A DNA stretch of 64,000 bases, from assembly GCA_043720595.1 (NCBI GenBank), contig JAYSSK010000136.1, positions 7,478-71,477 of the forward strand, in the 5' to 3' direction. The notes beneath the pieces were generated by a model. That model worked only from the letters and a program-made list of their open reading frames with translations, had not been told where the DNA came from and did not search any database. Position numbers and translations under genes: made by a program. This DNA comes from Acidimicrobiia bacterium (lineage in GTDB: Bacteria > Actinomycetota > Acidimicrobiia > Acidimicrobiales > JANYDT01). Positions 1 through 11,072 of this stretch are shown piece by piece (the stretch's first letter is position 1; each line of letters starts with the position of its first letter).

Positions 1-238
1 TGCCAAAGGCTGTACAACGCCATGATCACCGCTGTCTCGCCGAGGAGCGAACGGACCACCACCATCTGCACACGTTGGTGCGCAGCAAACGCGTCTCGCC
101 GGAGGAATCGGGCCACCACGAGGCCGCCCAGCCACATGCCGACCGCCACGACAACCCCCCACTTCCACGGCAGCCACATCGCCCCAGTCTTGCCGACCCA
201 CCTTTTTGTGAAGTGGCACGCGTGGTAAACCGAATCTC

Positions 239-1429
239 ATGGCGCAAACCGGAACCCGAACCGGAACCCGAACCGGGCCGTTGACCGGCGTTCGGGTACT
301 CGACATGGCAAGGGTGGTGTCCGGTCCTGTTGTCGGACGCATCATGTCCGACCTCGGTGCCGACGTGGTGAAGCTCGAACCCCCCGAAGGCGACATCACT
401 CGCGTTTGGGGTGCGCGGCCACATGGCGTACCCGGCTTTTTCTTGCAGCAGAACGCAGGCAAGCGAGGTATCTGCGTGAACCTCGGAGCCGACGGCTCGG
501 TCGACCTCGTCAGGCAATTGGCCTGCCAAGCCGATGTGCTCATTGAGAATTTCCGGGGCGGGGTGATGGACCGCCTCGGCATTGGCTGGTCCGTGTTGCA
601 CCAGCTCAACCCGCGTCTCGTCATGCTCTCCATCACCGGATTCGGCCAGTCCGGGCCAGAGTCGCACCGTCCGGCTTACGCTTCAGTCATCCAGGCCGAA
701 GCCGGCCTCATTCGCCGCTTGGCTGAAGAAGACGGCAGAGCGCCAACCGATCTCATCACGTCCGTCGCCGACTACAACGCCGGGCTACATGGCTGCATCG
801 GGGCGCTCGCCGCACTCATGCATGCACGCGCCACGGGCGAAGGCGACCACGTCGACATTGCGATGATCGACTCGATGATCGCAACCGATGACTTCTTCAA
901 CTTCGCGCTCGATGCCGTCGTGCCACCGAAGCTTGGAGGGGAGTACTACCAAACTGCTGACGGTGGCTGGACGGTGGTATCTGGTCCCGTGAACCACGTG
1001 TTTCGCACCATTTCTGCTCACACTGGCCTCATCGATCCAAGCGGAGCAGACGACTCTGTGCAGGCCAAGATCGACTCCCGCAAAGTCGCGCTTCGCGACT
1101 GGGCGCGCACGCTTCCCGATCGTTCGGCGCTCACCACCGTGTTGGACCAGGTTCGCATCGCGTGGGGTGCACTGAAGCAACCGGGCGAAGCAGCGGTGTC
1201 ACCAACCGCAGTCCATCGAGGTTCGATCGGGTTGGTTGAAGATGCTCCGGGTAGCAGCCGCAAGGTAGTGCAGATGCCGTATCGCTATGAACACGCAGAA
1301 TCCACCGTGCGCGGACGAAGCCCGCACCTTGGCGAACACAACGCGAACGTTCTCAGCGACTGGCTCTCACTCGACGCCGCAGCAATCAACGCACTGGTGT
1401 CACGCGGAGTCCTGCTGCAACAGGGCTGA
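239..1429 (+). CDS. CaiB/BaiF family (class III) CoA transferase
   Basis: GPLTGVRVLDM...DLGADVVKLEPPEGD, NAGKR, ADVLIENFRGG and C-terminal PHLGEHN motifs. Confidence 0.92.
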   Translation: MAQTGTRTGTRTGPLTGVRVLDMARVVSGPVVGRIMSDLGADVVKLEPPEGDITRVWGARPHGVPGFFLQQNAGKRGICVNLGADGSVDLVRQLACQADVLIENFRGGVMDRLGIGWSVLHQLNPRLVMLSITGFGQSGPESHRPAYASVIQAEAGLIRRLAEEDGRAPTDLITSVADYNAGLHGCIGALAALMHARATGEGDHVDIAMIDSMIATDDFFNFALDAVVPPKLGGEYYQTADGGWTVVSGPVNHVFRTISAHTGLIDPSGADDSVQAKIDSRKVALRDWARTLPDRSALTTVLDQVRIAWGALKQPGEAAVSPTAVHRGSIGLVEDAPGSSRKVVQMPYRYEHAESTVRGRSPHLGEHNANVLSDWLSLDAAAINALVSRGVLLQQG

Positions 1430-1507
1430 TCCGACCAGCACTGCTGGTGGATGCGGATGCAGCTTTCCTCTGGTAGCCGCGCAGAGCCGAAGGCTGTTGG
1501 ACTCAGC

Positions 1508-2206
1508 TCAGGATTCGCCGAAGTGAATTCCGAGGAAGGTCCACCCGCGGTCGGGGAAACCGGCGGCCTCTGCCACTTTCGCGCTTGCGTGATTGTCGGG
1601 TGCGTGCAGATAGGTGGCAATGGCCCCATCGTCGAGCACCCGCCGTGCAGCAGTGGCGACGAGCAGCCGTGCCATACCCCGACCTCGTAGGGCGCTCTCG
1701 GTTCCGACGGACAGTTCGTGGCCATCGTGGTCGTGTTGCTTCCGCCCGACCCCTGCGCCGTACTGGCCTTCGTCGTCCCACGCAATCAGCACGTCACCGT
1801 TGAACGGAAGCAACCACTCGGGAACTCGTGGGTCTTTGGTCGGAACCCATTCACCGACGTCTGGAGTGTTTGTCGGGTCGCTGGACCACCGAAACGGCCC
1901 GCGGACTACAGCCACCGCAGTCCCAAGGAGGTTGGGCAAACGCTCGTTCAGGGCAGCCAGGTCCCCGGCTAACGAGCCGGTACGAGCAATCGCTCCGATG
2001 GCATGAGCCTGGTCTGGTGGAACAGACAGGATCGCCGCGGTCGGCGTACAGACGCCGATGTACCGATGCACCTGGTGGTCCCAGCCAGGCAGTAACCGAT
2101 CTGCGTGCCCGACTACTGATACACCGTCTGACCGTGGTGGCCACGAGCCGAGCCAGGTTGAAAGGTGCGAGACAAGTCGCTCCGGTGCTTCGTGGGCTGC
2201 AGACAT
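1508..2206 (-). CDS. GNAT family N-acetyltransferase
   Basis: C-terminal acetyl-CoA motif RGRGMARLLV and N.AS.KVAEAAGF. Confidence 0.8.
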   Translation of the reverse strand: MSAAHEAPERLVSHLSTWLGSWPPRSDGVSVVGHADRLLPGWDHQVHRYIGVCTPTAAILSVPPDQAHAIGAIARTGSLAGDLAALNERLPNLLGTAVAVVRGPFRWSSDPTNTPDVGEWVPTKDPRVPEWLLPFNGDVLIAWDDEGQYGAGVGRKQHDHDGHELSVGTESALRGRGMARLLVATAARRVLDDGAIATYLHAPDNHASAKVAEAAGFPDRGWTFLGIHFGES

Positions 2207-2301
2207 CGTTGGGTCACACTAGCGGCGCGCCAGACGCCAGCAACCATTGCCCGAGTTTCCCGAGTGTGAGCCGGTCGAGCGTCTGGACGTAGTGTCGGCT
2301 G

Positions 2302-4140
2302 ATGAGTTCCGTTGAAGTTTGCGCCCCGTTGATGGGCACCGTCGTGTGGATTGCCGGTCCTGGTGCTGAACTCCGTGCTGGCGGGGTAGCCGCCGTCATC
2401 GAGAGCATGAAGATGGAACACGAGGTACACAGCCCCACGGCAGGAACAGTTGCACGAGTACTGGCTTCCGTCGGCGACACAGTGATCGAAGGCACCGTGC
2501 TCGTTGCCATGGACCCGACCCTCCACCAGACGAACGACGCAGAAAGAGAACTAGCCGGAATCGACCCGGACTACATTCGCCCAGATCTTCAAGCGGTGAT
2601 CGATCGACATAGGTTCGGATCCGATGATGTCCGTCCCGACATGGTCAGACGCCGCCGGGACACCTCCCAGCGCACCGCTCGCGAAAACATCGAAGACTTG
2701 GTCGATGCCGGCTCGCTGATTGAGTACGCGCCACTGGTGTTTGCCGCCCAACGCGCCCGGCGCAGCGTTGCGGACCTGATTGCGCGAACGCCCGGCGACG
2801 GAATGGTGGCTGGTATCGCCACAGTCAACGCAGACGACTTCGGGCCAGAGGATTCGCGCTGCGTAGTGATGACATACGACTACACCGTGTTGGCGGGCAC
2901 ACAGGGTTTGCAGAACCACCGAAAGAAGGATCGTCTGTTCACACTTGCGGGAGATCTCGCATTGCCGGTTGTGCTGTTCGCCGAGGGCGGAGGAGGCAGG
3001 CCCGGAGACACCGACGGCATCGGCATTGCCGGGCTCGACGGACCAGCATTCCGCCTCTTTGCCGAGTTGTCCGGCAGCGTGCCGCTGGTCGGCGTCACGT
3101 CGGGTTTTTGCTTCGCAGGTAACGCCGCGCTCTTGGGGTGCTGCGATGTCGTCATCGCAACCCGGAACTCAAACATCGGGATGGGTGGCCCCGCAATGAT
3201 CGAAGGCGGCGGGCTCGGTGCGCATGCGCCCACCGAGGTTGGTCCGTTCGACGTGCAGTGCATCAACGGGGTGATCGATGTCGAGGCCGACGATGAAACC
3301 CACGCCACCGCTCTGGCCAAGAAGTACCTGTCCTACTTCCAAGGCCGGACAGGTGGCGACGCTGTAATTGTCCCTGACCAGCGGCTCCTCCGCCATGTAG
3401 TTCCCGAGAACCGTCTGCGCGCGTATGAAGTTCGCAAAGCCATAGATCTGCTGTTCGACGCAAGTTCCGTGCTCGAACTGCGGCGACGCTTTGGGATCGG
3501 CGTCGTCACTGCGTTGGCCCGACTCGATGGTCGCCCGGTCGGTGTGGTGGCCAACAACCCCAACCACCTTGGCGGCGCGCTCGACCCCGACGCTGCCGAC
3601 AAAACCAGCAGATTCATGCAACTCTGCGACGCGTTCGGGCTTCCACTGGTGTTCCTCTGCGACACGCCCGGGTTCATGGTTGGGCCTGAAGTCGAGACCA
3701 GGGCTCAGGTGCGCCACGCGGGTCGCTTGTTCGTGACCGGCGCATCGCTGTCCGTACCGACCGTGACGGTGGTTCTCCGCAAGGGGTACGGGCTCGGTGC
3801 GATGGCGATGGCAGGCGGTGGATTTCGGGCGCCGATCTTTACCATTGCGTGGCCTACTGGCGAGTTCGGTGGAATGGGGTTGGAGGGCGCAGTGAAACTC
3901 GGATACCGCAAGGAACTCGAAGCGATCGACGACCCCGAACGCCGCGAAGCGCGTTACCAAGAGCTCGTGGGCAAGATGTACGAGCACGGTTCAGCAATCA
4001 ACGCCAGCGCAGCGTTCGAGATCGACGACGTGATCGATCCGGCTGACACGCGCCGCTGGATTGCTGCAGCATTCGACAGTGCTCCGCCATCCACGTATCG
4101 CCGGGGTGAGCAGCGACGTCCGATGATCGATACCTGGTAA
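2302..4140 (+). CDS. Biotin-carrier domain + acyl-CoA carboxyltransferase fusion (no biotin carboxylase domain)
   Basis: ESMKMEHEV biotinylation motif at N-terminus; CT motifs DYTVLAGTQG, EGGGGRPGD, CFAGNAAL, DTPGFMVG, RKGYGLG. Confidence 0.9.
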   Translation: MSSVEVCAPLMGTVVWIAGPGAELRAGGVAAVIESMKMEHEVHSPTAGTVARVLASVGDTVIEGTVLVAMDPTLHQTNDAERELAGIDPDYIRPDLQAVIDRHRFGSDDVRPDMVRRRRDTSQRTARENIEDLVDAGSLIEYAPLVFAAQRARRSVADLIARTPGDGMVAGIATVNADDFGPEDSRCVVMTYDYTVLAGTQGLQNHRKKDRLFTLAGDLALPVVLFAEGGGGRPGDTDGIGIAGLDGPAFRLFAELSGSVPLVGVTSGFCFAGNAALLGCCDVVIATRNSNIGMGGPAMIEGGGLGAHAPTEVGPFDVQCINGVIDVEADDETHATALAKKYLSYFQGRTGGDAVIVPDQRLLRHVVPENRLRAYEVRKAIDLLFDASSVLELRRRFGIGVVTALARLDGRPVGVVANNPNHLGGALDPDAADKTSRFMQLCDAFGLPLVFLCDTPGFMVGPEVETRAQVRHAGRLFVTGASLSVPTVTVVLRKGYGLGAMAMAGGGFRAPIFTIAWPTGEFGGMGLEGAVKLGYRKELEAIDDPERREARYQELVGKMYEHGSAINASAAFEIDDVIDPADTRRWIAAAFDSAPPSTYRRGEQRRPMIDTW

Positions 4141-4205
4141 CCGACTTCGCGACCCTCCGCACATGACGACGGCGTACCTGTGACAACTCGCGAGCGAGAA
4201 GTTGG

Positions 4206-4721
4206 CTAATGAATAGTGGTCTCGCCGGTCATCAGCGACAACGCGTGCGGAAGCACGTCGATCACAGCGCCAAGACACTCGACGCATCCTTTTGGTGATC
4301 CGGGTGTATTCAAGATCAGCGCCAAGTCCCGTGTGCCAGCGACGCCACGACTGAGGCGACCAAGAGGAGCGTTCACCAGTCGCATTGCCTCGGCAAGACC
4401 AGGAGCGCTGCGGTGAAGCACGGTGAGCGTGCCTTCTGGAGTGAGGTCTCGGGGCCCGAACCCGGTTCCGCCCGTAGTCACGATGACGCCCGCAAAGCTG
4501 GCAGCGCATTCGAGCAGCACGGCTGAAACCGATTCGATGCCATCGGCTACCACCCGTTGGTCCGTGACGTCCCAACCGGCGGTGCTCAGTGCCCGGACGA
4601 GTGCTGCTCCGCTGCGGTCCTCGCGCACACCGTGAAAGACACCGTCGGACACTGTGATCACCTTTGCCTGGCCTACCCGCTGCGGGGCCGGAGGCGTTTC
4701 GTCATCGGCTGGTTGATTCAT
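4206..4721 (-). CDS. MogA/MoaB molybdopterin adenylyltransferase family protein
   Basis: ITVSD, DRSG, TTGGTGFGPRDLTPE, LSRGVAG, NTPGSPKG motifs; overlaps rpe stop. Confidence 0.92.
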   Translation of the reverse strand: MNQPADDETPPAPQRVGQAKVITVSDGVFHGVREDRSGAALVRALSTAGWDVTDQRVVADGIESVSAVLLECAASFAGVIVTTGGTGFGPRDLTPEGTLTVLHRSAPGLAEAMRLVNAPLGRLSRGVAGTRDLALILNTPGSPKGCVECLGAVIDVLPHALSLMTGETTIH

Positions 4722-5392
4722 TCGGAATCCATCAACAGCGACCGCATCGCAGAGTTTCGAATCGCGGCTGCCGCTGCCAACGGATCAGGCTGGGCAAAGA
4801 TCGCGTTGCCAGCGACAAACGCCGTGGCACCAGCGGCCGCGCACATGCCAACGGTTGTGGTGTCGATGCCGCCATCGACCTGTACGACAGCGGAGGAGCC
4901 AAGCGCGCGTAGTTCGTTGGCGACCTGGCTTATTTTCGGCAGCACTTCTGGTATGAACTTCTGGCCGCCGAAGCCGGGAAACACCGACATGATCAGAACG
5001 ATGTCGACAAGGCCAAGGTACGGAGCGAGCGCTTCGAACGGCGTGTCTGGATTGGCGACGATACCGGCACCGATCCCAAGGTCACGCATCTGTGCGATCA
5101 GCGATTCAGTGCGGCCCAACTCCACGTGGACGGAGCAGCTTGTCGAGCCCGCCGCAGCGAACGCTGGCAGGTATTGCTCGGGGTCGGTGATCATCAGGTG
5201 GCAGTCCAACACTGCGTCGGTGTAGCGACGCAACGACTTCACCACCGGCGGCCCAATGGTCAGGTTGGGCACAAAGTGCCCGTCCATCACGTCGACATGA
5301 ACCCAGTCCAGTTCGGCCGCCACGCGGTCGAGTTCGGATCCGAGCGATGCAAAGTCAGCGGAAAGAATTGAAGGGCAAATGAGCACGGACAT
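4718..5392 (-). CDS. rpe: Ribulose-phosphate 3-epimerase
   Basis: PSILSADF, HVDVMDGHFVPN, DCHLM, MSVFPGFGGQKF, VDGGI. Confidence 0.97.
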   Translation of the reverse strand: MSVLICPSILSADFASLGSELDRVAAELDWVHVDVMDGHFVPNLTIGPPVVKSLRRYTDAVLDCHLMITDPEQYLPAFAAAGSTSCSVHVELGRTESLIAQMRDLGIGAGIVANPDTPFEALAPYLGLVDIVLIMSVFPGFGGQKFIPEVLPKISQVANELRALGSSAVVQVDGGIDTTTVGMCAAAGATAFVAGNAIFAQPDPLAAAAAIRNSAMRSLLMDSE

Positions 5393-5468
5393 AGGAACCT
5401 GGCGAAGAGGCTACCGGCACGGGCGCACTTTCTTGGAGAACGGGGGAATGAACGCCTTGGCGGTCCGT

Positions 5469-7196
5469 TCAGACTCCAGCGAGCAAAAGGTCGTCGGCTT
5501 CGAACATCGCTCGGCAGAGGCTTCGTTGCAATTTGCCACTGGACGTTTTCGGTAGCGTGCCTGCCTGCACCAGAACAACTTCGGCAGGGGCGAAACCTAT
5601 CGAATCTCGAACGATTCGCGACACCTCGGACCGTAACGCGTCAAGCTGTGCGTCCGGTCGGGTTTCGGCGACCACCACCAACCCTTCGCGGCCCGAGCGT
5701 CGGTGTTCAGCAATACCGAACGCGATCACGTTTCCGGTTCTGACCGAACCAATGATGCCAACGGCTCGTTCGACATCTTCAGGGAACACGTTTCTTCCGC
5801 CGACGATAATCATGTCTTTGATACGTCCACATACGACCAATTCCCCGTCCACCATGTAGGCGAGGTCGCCGGTTCGCAGCCAGTCGTCGTCGAATGTGTC
5901 GGCTGTCGCGTCTGGACGTTCGAAGTATCCGGGGGTAATCGATGTGCCCCTAATCTGCAGCTCTCCAACTTCGCGGTCCCCCATCAATTGGCTGTCGGTC
6001 GGGTCGACAATTCGCAGTTCGAGCCCCTCCACTGCTTTTCCCAATTTGGCGAACCGACGAGCGTTGACATGGTCGGCGTCCACTACCGCTGCATATCGAT
6101 TCGTCTCGAGCACATCGCGATCCACACAATCCGTCAACATGCCCCGCCCCACCGGAGGGAATGCCACCGCAAGACAAGCTTCAGCCATGCCGAACGCACA
6201 GAAAACGGCTCCAGGGTTCAAACCGTGAGGTGTGGCGGCCCGCACAAAAGCCTCGACCGTGTCGGGGTCCACAGGCTCGGCCCCGTTCAAGCCAACTCTC
6301 CACGCGGACAGGTCCAACCCATCCATGCGAGTTAGTGCTCTGGCGGACAGCGCGTACGCAAAATTGGGAGCGGCGCTAGCGGTGCCGCGATAGTCGCTCA
6401 TCCACTGCATCCAGCGGCCCGGGGCGGCAACGAAATCTTGAGGGGCGGCCAACACAAGCTCGAGACCGAGCGTCATTGGAGCAGTGAACAGTCCGATGAG
6501 ACCCATGTCGTGATAGAGCGGCAACCAGCTCACGCAGACCTCGGTTTCGGTATCGATCCCGGCACCAATTGCGATCGCATCGAGGTTGTTGCACAGCGTG
6601 CCGTGCGGGAGCATCACCCCTTTTGGATCGGCGGTAGACCCGCTGGTGAACTGCAACACTGCAAGCGACTCCGGTTGCACTGTCGGTGGTCGCCACGCGT
6701 CTGCGCCCGGATACCAGGGCTTTCCGGGTGCAAGGTCGGCCAGCGAAACCATGGACGGATCGCCTGGCTGAGTGTCGACGAACGCAGCAAGGTCCGGGTC
6801 AACCACAACCAGCGACGTGCGGGCGTTCTTGATACGAAGCCGCGTTGCCTCGACGAACTGGTCGAGGCTGCCCAACCTCATGGGCAATGGCAAGACCACA
6901 ACGGCAGCGCCGGCCAACCACGTGGCCTGGATCGCCGTGACGAGAGGCCGCGACGTCGGTCCGAGGACGGCAATCTGGTGCCCCGGGCCGATGCCTCGGG
7001 CTTGGAACGAGGCAGCCATCGCCTTGGCGTCCTCGTGGATTTCGGCCCAGGAGACTCGCTGGGGCCCACCGGGGGCCGTGACAAACGTGATTGCCCGATC
7101 AGCGCGAGCCCGTTCACGGATCCGATCGACAAGATTGCTCTGCGTCGGCAGTAATTGCACAAAACCCATATGGCTGTGACCCGGCGCTTGGTCCAT
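5469..7196 (-). CDS. Fatty acyl-AMP ligase (FAAL-type adenylating enzyme)
   Basis: LQFTSGSTADPKGV, SWLPLYHDMGLIG, APNFAY, GAEPVD, FGMAEA, LRTGDL, LPKTSSGKLQR; FAAL-like insertion after GMAEA. Confidence 0.88.
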   Translation of the reverse strand: MDQAPGHSHMGFVQLLPTQSNLVDRIRERARADRAITFVTAPGGPQRVSWAEIHEDAKAMAASFQARGIGPGHQIAVLGPTSRPLVTAIQATWLAGAAVVVLPLPMRLGSLDQFVEATRLRIKNARTSLVVVDPDLAAFVDTQPGDPSMVSLADLAPGKPWYPGADAWRPPTVQPESLAVLQFTSGSTADPKGVMLPHGTLCNNLDAIAIGAGIDTETEVCVSWLPLYHDMGLIGLFTAPMTLGLELVLAAPQDFVAAPGRWMQWMSDYRGTASAAPNFAYALSARALTRMDGLDLSAWRVGLNGAEPVDPDTVEAFVRAATPHGLNPGAVFCAFGMAEACLAVAFPPVGRGMLTDCVDRDVLETNRYAAVVDADHVNARRFAKLGKAVEGLELRIVDPTDSQLMGDREVGELQIRGTSITPGYFERPDATADTFDDDWLRTGDLAYMVDGELVVCGRIKDMIIVGGRNVFPEDVERAVGIIGSVRTGNVIAFGIAEHRRSGREGLVVVAETRPDAQLDALRSEVSRIVRDSIGFAPAEVVLVQAGTLPKTSSGKLQRSLCRAMFEADDLLLAGV

Positions 7197-7259
7197 TGGT
7201 TACCGGATTCCTGCTGAAAGTCCGAATATGAGCCCGCCATGCTGCGACGGAGGACAGGC

Positions 7260-8093
7260 CTACTTCGATTCGATGGTCACCGATTCAATGACTACAGGCT
7301 TCGACGGAGGCCCGTCAGAAACCGCAAGACCGGCAATGGCGTTCATGGTTGTGAGGTTGGCGGGGTCGGCTGTCATCTGCCCGAACAACGCGTAGCTGGG
7401 AGGAAGTTGTGCGCCGTTAGCACCCGAGATGATGAAGAACTGGCTCCCGTTCGTGTTCGGCCCGGCGTTTGCCATGGCCAAACTGCCGATCTTGTAAGCC
7501 CCTTGCGCCGGTAGCTCGTCGTCGAACGAGTACCCAGGGCCGCCCGCACCGGCACCGGCGATCCCCTCTTCCGATATTGCCCCCGGATCGCCAGCTTGAA
7601 GAACAAACTCCGGAACGACACGATGGAAATAGATCCCGTCGAAGTACTTGGCCCGTGCCAGGTTGACGAAACTGTTCACCGTCAGCGGGGCCGCCTCGTC
7701 GTTGAGGTCGAACACCATTGTTCCCTCTGAAGTTTTCATGGTCGCAACGTATGACTTCGCAGGATCGATGCACTGCTGGGGTGCCGCTTCGAAGGTGCGC
7801 TGTTGGGGTGCCGAGCCGTCGCTCGCTATGCACGGCACTGACCCGAAGGCGGCATTGATCACTGCGGGCGCCGAATCACCGGACGCATTGACGTCAAGCG
7901 ATTCGGTCGCTGGATCGGACCCACACCCGGCGAACAACGAGGTGGCTCCGAGGAGCGCCAAGGCGCCAGCCACGCGGCGGAAAGTGAGGGACGTCGGAAC
8001 TTGGACTCTGTTGCGCAGCACGCAGTCGAGCGTACTTCTGGGCGCATTGCTTGCAGCGCATGCCCCGCGACGCCGCGAGCTTGGGTGCTCCAC
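7260..8093 (-). CDS. Cyclophilin-type peptidyl-prolyl isomerase, probable lipoprotein (true start likely downstream of 8093)
   Basis: APLTVNSF, FHRVV, QAGDP, LAMANAGPNTNGSQFFI, LPPSYALFG; lipobox-like LFAGC. Confidence 0.92.
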   Translation of the reverse strand: MEHPSSRRRGACAASNAPRSTLDCVLRNRVQVPTSLTFRRVAGALALLGATSLFAGCGSDPATESLDVNASGDSAPAVINAAFGSVPCIASDGSAPQQRTFEAAPQQCIDPAKSYVATMKTSEGTMVFDLNDEAAPLTVNSFVNLARAKYFDGIYFHRVVPEFVLQAGDPGAISEEGIAGAGAGGPGYSFDDELPAQGAYKIGSLAMANAGPNTNGSQFFIISGANGAQLPPSYALFGQMTADPANLTTMNAIAGLAVSDGPPSKPVVIESVTIESK

Positions 8094-8114
8094 GCCGCCT
8101 GACCCGGCAACTGG

Positions 8115-10970
8115 TCAGCCGACAACGACGTTGACCATCTTGCCGGGCACCACAATGACCTTCTTCACGGTACGCCCGAGAAGCGCTGCTGCCACTTTCT
8201 CGTCGGCCAACGCAGCCGCTTCAAGGTCGGGCGCAGCGGTACCAGAGGGCACCGACACAACGGACTTGAGCTTGCCGTTTATCTGCACCGGCACCTCGAC
8301 CGTATCGGCAATGAGCATGGCCGGATCGAACGTCGGGAATGGTTCGCGCACCAACGATTCTTTGTGACCGAGCCGCATCCACAGCTCTTCGGCAAGGTGG
8401 GGAGCGAATGGCGCAACCATCAACACCAACGGCTCGGCCAACGCTCGCGGCGCCCCAGACGGGTAGGTGCTGGTGATGTGGTTGGTGAGCTCGGTAATGC
8501 GCGCGATTGGAGTGTTGAGCCGGAGCGCGTCCATGGAATCGCGAACTCCGGCGATGGCACCGTGAAGGGCCCGAAGGTCATCCATGGTGGGTTTGAAGTC
8601 GGATACACGAACGGCGCCGCTCAGCTCGTCGACCACCACCCGCCAGATGCGCTGCAACAGCCGAAGCGACCCGCTGACAGCACGCGTGTCCCACGGCTTC
8701 GATTGTTCAAGCGGGCCCATCGACATCTCGTACAACCGCAGCGTGTCTGCGCCGTACGCCTGATACATCTCATCGGGCGACACCATGTTCTTCAAGCTCT
8801 TGCCGATTTTGCCGAACTCGCGTTTCACCGGCTGACCGTCGTGGAGGAACTGGCCACCGTGTTCGGTGACTTCGGAAGCTTCGACGTAGACGCCACGCTG
8901 ATCGGTGAACGCAGGAGCCTGGATGTAGCCCTGGTTGAACAGTCGACCGAACGGCTCGGGAGTGTGCACATCCCCAAGGTCGAACAGCACCTTGTGCCAG
9001 AAGCGCGAATACAGCAGGTGCAGCACAGCGTGCTCGACGCCACCCACATACAAATCGACGCCCTGTTCGCCCATCCAGTAGCGCTGGTTCTCTTCGACGC
9101 TCAGCGACTCGACGTGGGTCGGGTCGATGTAGCGTAAATAGTAAGTACACGAACCAGCCCATTGCGGCATGACGTTTGTTTCACGAACAACCTCTCGGGG
9201 CCCTTGGCCGTCGCCGAGATCGATGGTGGTGTGCTTCCACTCCGACAAACGGTCCAGCGGACGCTCTGGCTCGCTTGTCGAATCATTGGCGTCGAAGCTG
9301 CGCGGGGCGAATTGGTCGGTTTCGGGCAGTTCGACCGGAAGCATCGCTTCGGTCAAGCCAACCGGGCCGAACTGGTCGTACACGATAGGGAACGGCTCAC
9401 CCCAATACCGCTGGCGGCTGAACAGCCAATCTCGCAACTTGGTCTGCACCGTGGCCGAACCGTGTCCGTGCTCTTGCAACCACGCTGTGGTTGCTGCGAT
9501 CGCTTCGGCCTTGTGGAGGCCATCCAGATCGAGCGAGTCGTTTCGACTCTGCACCAACGGACCGTCGCCCGTGTAGGCCTGGGCCCATGTGGATGTGTCG
9601 AGCGACGGCACGATTTGATTGCCCTCGAACCAAGCCTGTGGTGGCTGAATGGTGGCGACGATCGGCAGACTGAACTGGCGAGCAAACTCGAAGTCACGTT
9701 GGTCACCTGACGGCACGGCCATGATGGCGCCCGTCCCGTAACCCATCAGCACATAGTCGGCGATCCACACAGGGATGTGTTGGCCGTTGACGGGATTCTG
9801 CGCCGTTGCACCCAACGCCACGCCGGTTTTGACGCGGCCCTCGTCCTGGCGGTCGATCTCCGTCTTCGAAGCTGCCTCGAGCCGGTACTTGTCGACAGCG
9901 TCGCGTTGCGACGGGTCGGTGAGAGCATCGACCATCGGATGCTCCGGCGACAGCACCATGAAGGTTGCGCCGAACAACGTGTCTGGGCGCGTGGTGAATA
10001 CCTCGATGTCGCCGCTGGTGGTCGAGAAACGGACTCGTGCGCCGACCGACCGACCGATCCAGTTTCGTTGCATGAGGCGCACAGGTTCGGGCCAATTCAC
10101 CAGATCCAAGTCATCGACGAGGCGATCGGCGTAGGCGGTGATGCGCATCAGCCATTGGCGCATGTTGCGCTTGAACACGGGAAAGTTGCCGCGATCAGAC
10201 CGGCCGTCGGCGGTGACTTCTTCGTTAGCCACGATGGTGCCAAGCCCCGGACACCAGTTGACTGGCACGTCAGCCACATAGACGAGCCGCTGCTCGTCGA
10301 TCAGCGCTCGCCGTTCCTGCTCCCCCATGGCTGCCCATGCCCGGCCATCGGGAGCAGAACGTGTGCCGTTCTCGTACTGTTCGATCAGCTCGCTGATCGG
10401 CCGGGCGCAACCGGGTCCGCCCAGCCGGTTAACAGCGGACGTGTCGTACCAAGAGTTGAAAATGCGCAGGAAGATCCGCTGCGTGAACTCCAAGAACTCT
10501 CGGTTTGTGGTGCTCACGCTGCGGCGAGGGTCGTGGCCCAGACCCAACCGGCGGAGCTGACGGCGCATAGTGGCAATGTTGGATTCGGTATTGATGCGCG
10601 GATGCTGGCCGGTAGCAACAGCGTGCTGCTCGGCCGGAAGCCCGTATGCGTCGTAGCCCATGGTGTGGAGCACGTTGAAGCCCGTCATCCGCTTGTATCT
10701 GGCGAACACATCGGTGGCGATGTAGCCGAGCGGGTGCCCCACATGCAGGCCCGACCCCGACGGGTACGGAAACATGTCCATCACGAACAGTTTTTTGGAC
10801 CCAGCCACTGCCTCGAAACCGTCGCTCAGCGGGCCAACTGGGTTTGGCGTGTGAAACGTGCCGTTGGCGTCCCACCGGTCTTGCCATTCGTTCTCGATGC
10901 GGTCGGCAAGCTGCGCGTTGTACCGATGCACAGGCTGATCGTCGGTCGGGTCGGCTTGCTGCGAAGACAT
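8115..10970 (-). CDS. leuS: Leucine--tRNA ligase
   Basis: [14 protein letters not shown] (HIGH), TTRPDTLFG editing domain, [19 protein letters not shown] (KMSKS), VQINGKL. Confidence 0.98.
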   Translation of the reverse strand: MSSQQADPTDDQPVHRYNAQLADRIENEWQDRWDANGTFHTPNPVGPLSDGFEAVAGSKKLFVMDMFPYPSGSGLHVGHPLGYIATDVFARYKRMTGFNVLHTMGYDAYGLPAEQHAVATGQHPRINTESNIATMRRQLRRLGLGHDPRRSVSTTNREFLEFTQRIFLRIFNSWYDTSAVNRLGGPGCARPISELIEQYENGTRSAPDGRAWAAMGEQERRALIDEQRLVYVADVPVNWCPGLGTIVANEEVTADGRSDRGNFPVFKRNMRQWLMRITAYADRLVDDLDLVNWPEPVRLMQRNWIGRSVGARVRFSTTSGDIEVFTTRPDTLFGATFMVLSPEHPMVDALTDPSQRDAVDKYRLEAASKTEIDRQDEGRVKTGVALGATAQNPVNGQHIPVWIADYVLMGYGTGAIMAVPSGDQRDFEFARQFSLPIVATIQPPQAWFEGNQIVPSLDTSTWAQAYTGDGPLVQSRNDSLDLDGLHKAEAIAATTAWLQEHGHGSATVQTKLRDWLFSRQRYWGEPFPIVYDQFGPVGLTEAMLPVELPETDQFAPRSFDANDSTSEPERPLDRLSEWKHTTIDLGDGQGPREVVRETNVMPQWAGSCTYYLRYIDPTHVESLSVEENQRYWMGEQGVDLYVGGVEHAVLHLLYSRFWHKVLFDLGDVHTPEPFGRLFNQGYIQAPAFTDQRGVYVEASEVTEHGGQFLHDGQPVKREFGKIGKSLKNMVSPDEMYQAYGADTLRLYEMSMGPLEQSKPWDTRAVSGSLRLLQRIWRVVVDELSGAVRVSDFKPTMDDLRALHGAIAGVRDSMDALRLNTPIARITELTNHITSTYPSGAPRALAEPLVLMVAPFAPHLAEELWMRLGHKESLVREPFPTFDPAMLIADTVEVPVQINGKLKSVVSVPSGTAAPDLEAAALADEKVAAALLGRTVKKVIVVPGKMVNVVVG

Positions 10971-11072
10971 GAATCAAAGGTTAGGGGCCAGGCCGACCCC
11001 GGGCGGCACGAGTTGCCGGGTCCTACTGCAGAGGATCGACAACGGCGACCCCCTCGGTACACTGGAGACACC

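Noticed and set aside
9777-11072. 747-aa ORF suggesting a large N-terminal extension of Map
   Set aside because: The extension is antisense to leuS (high-GC shadow frame); the real start is ATG 11073 after TACACT and GGAG.
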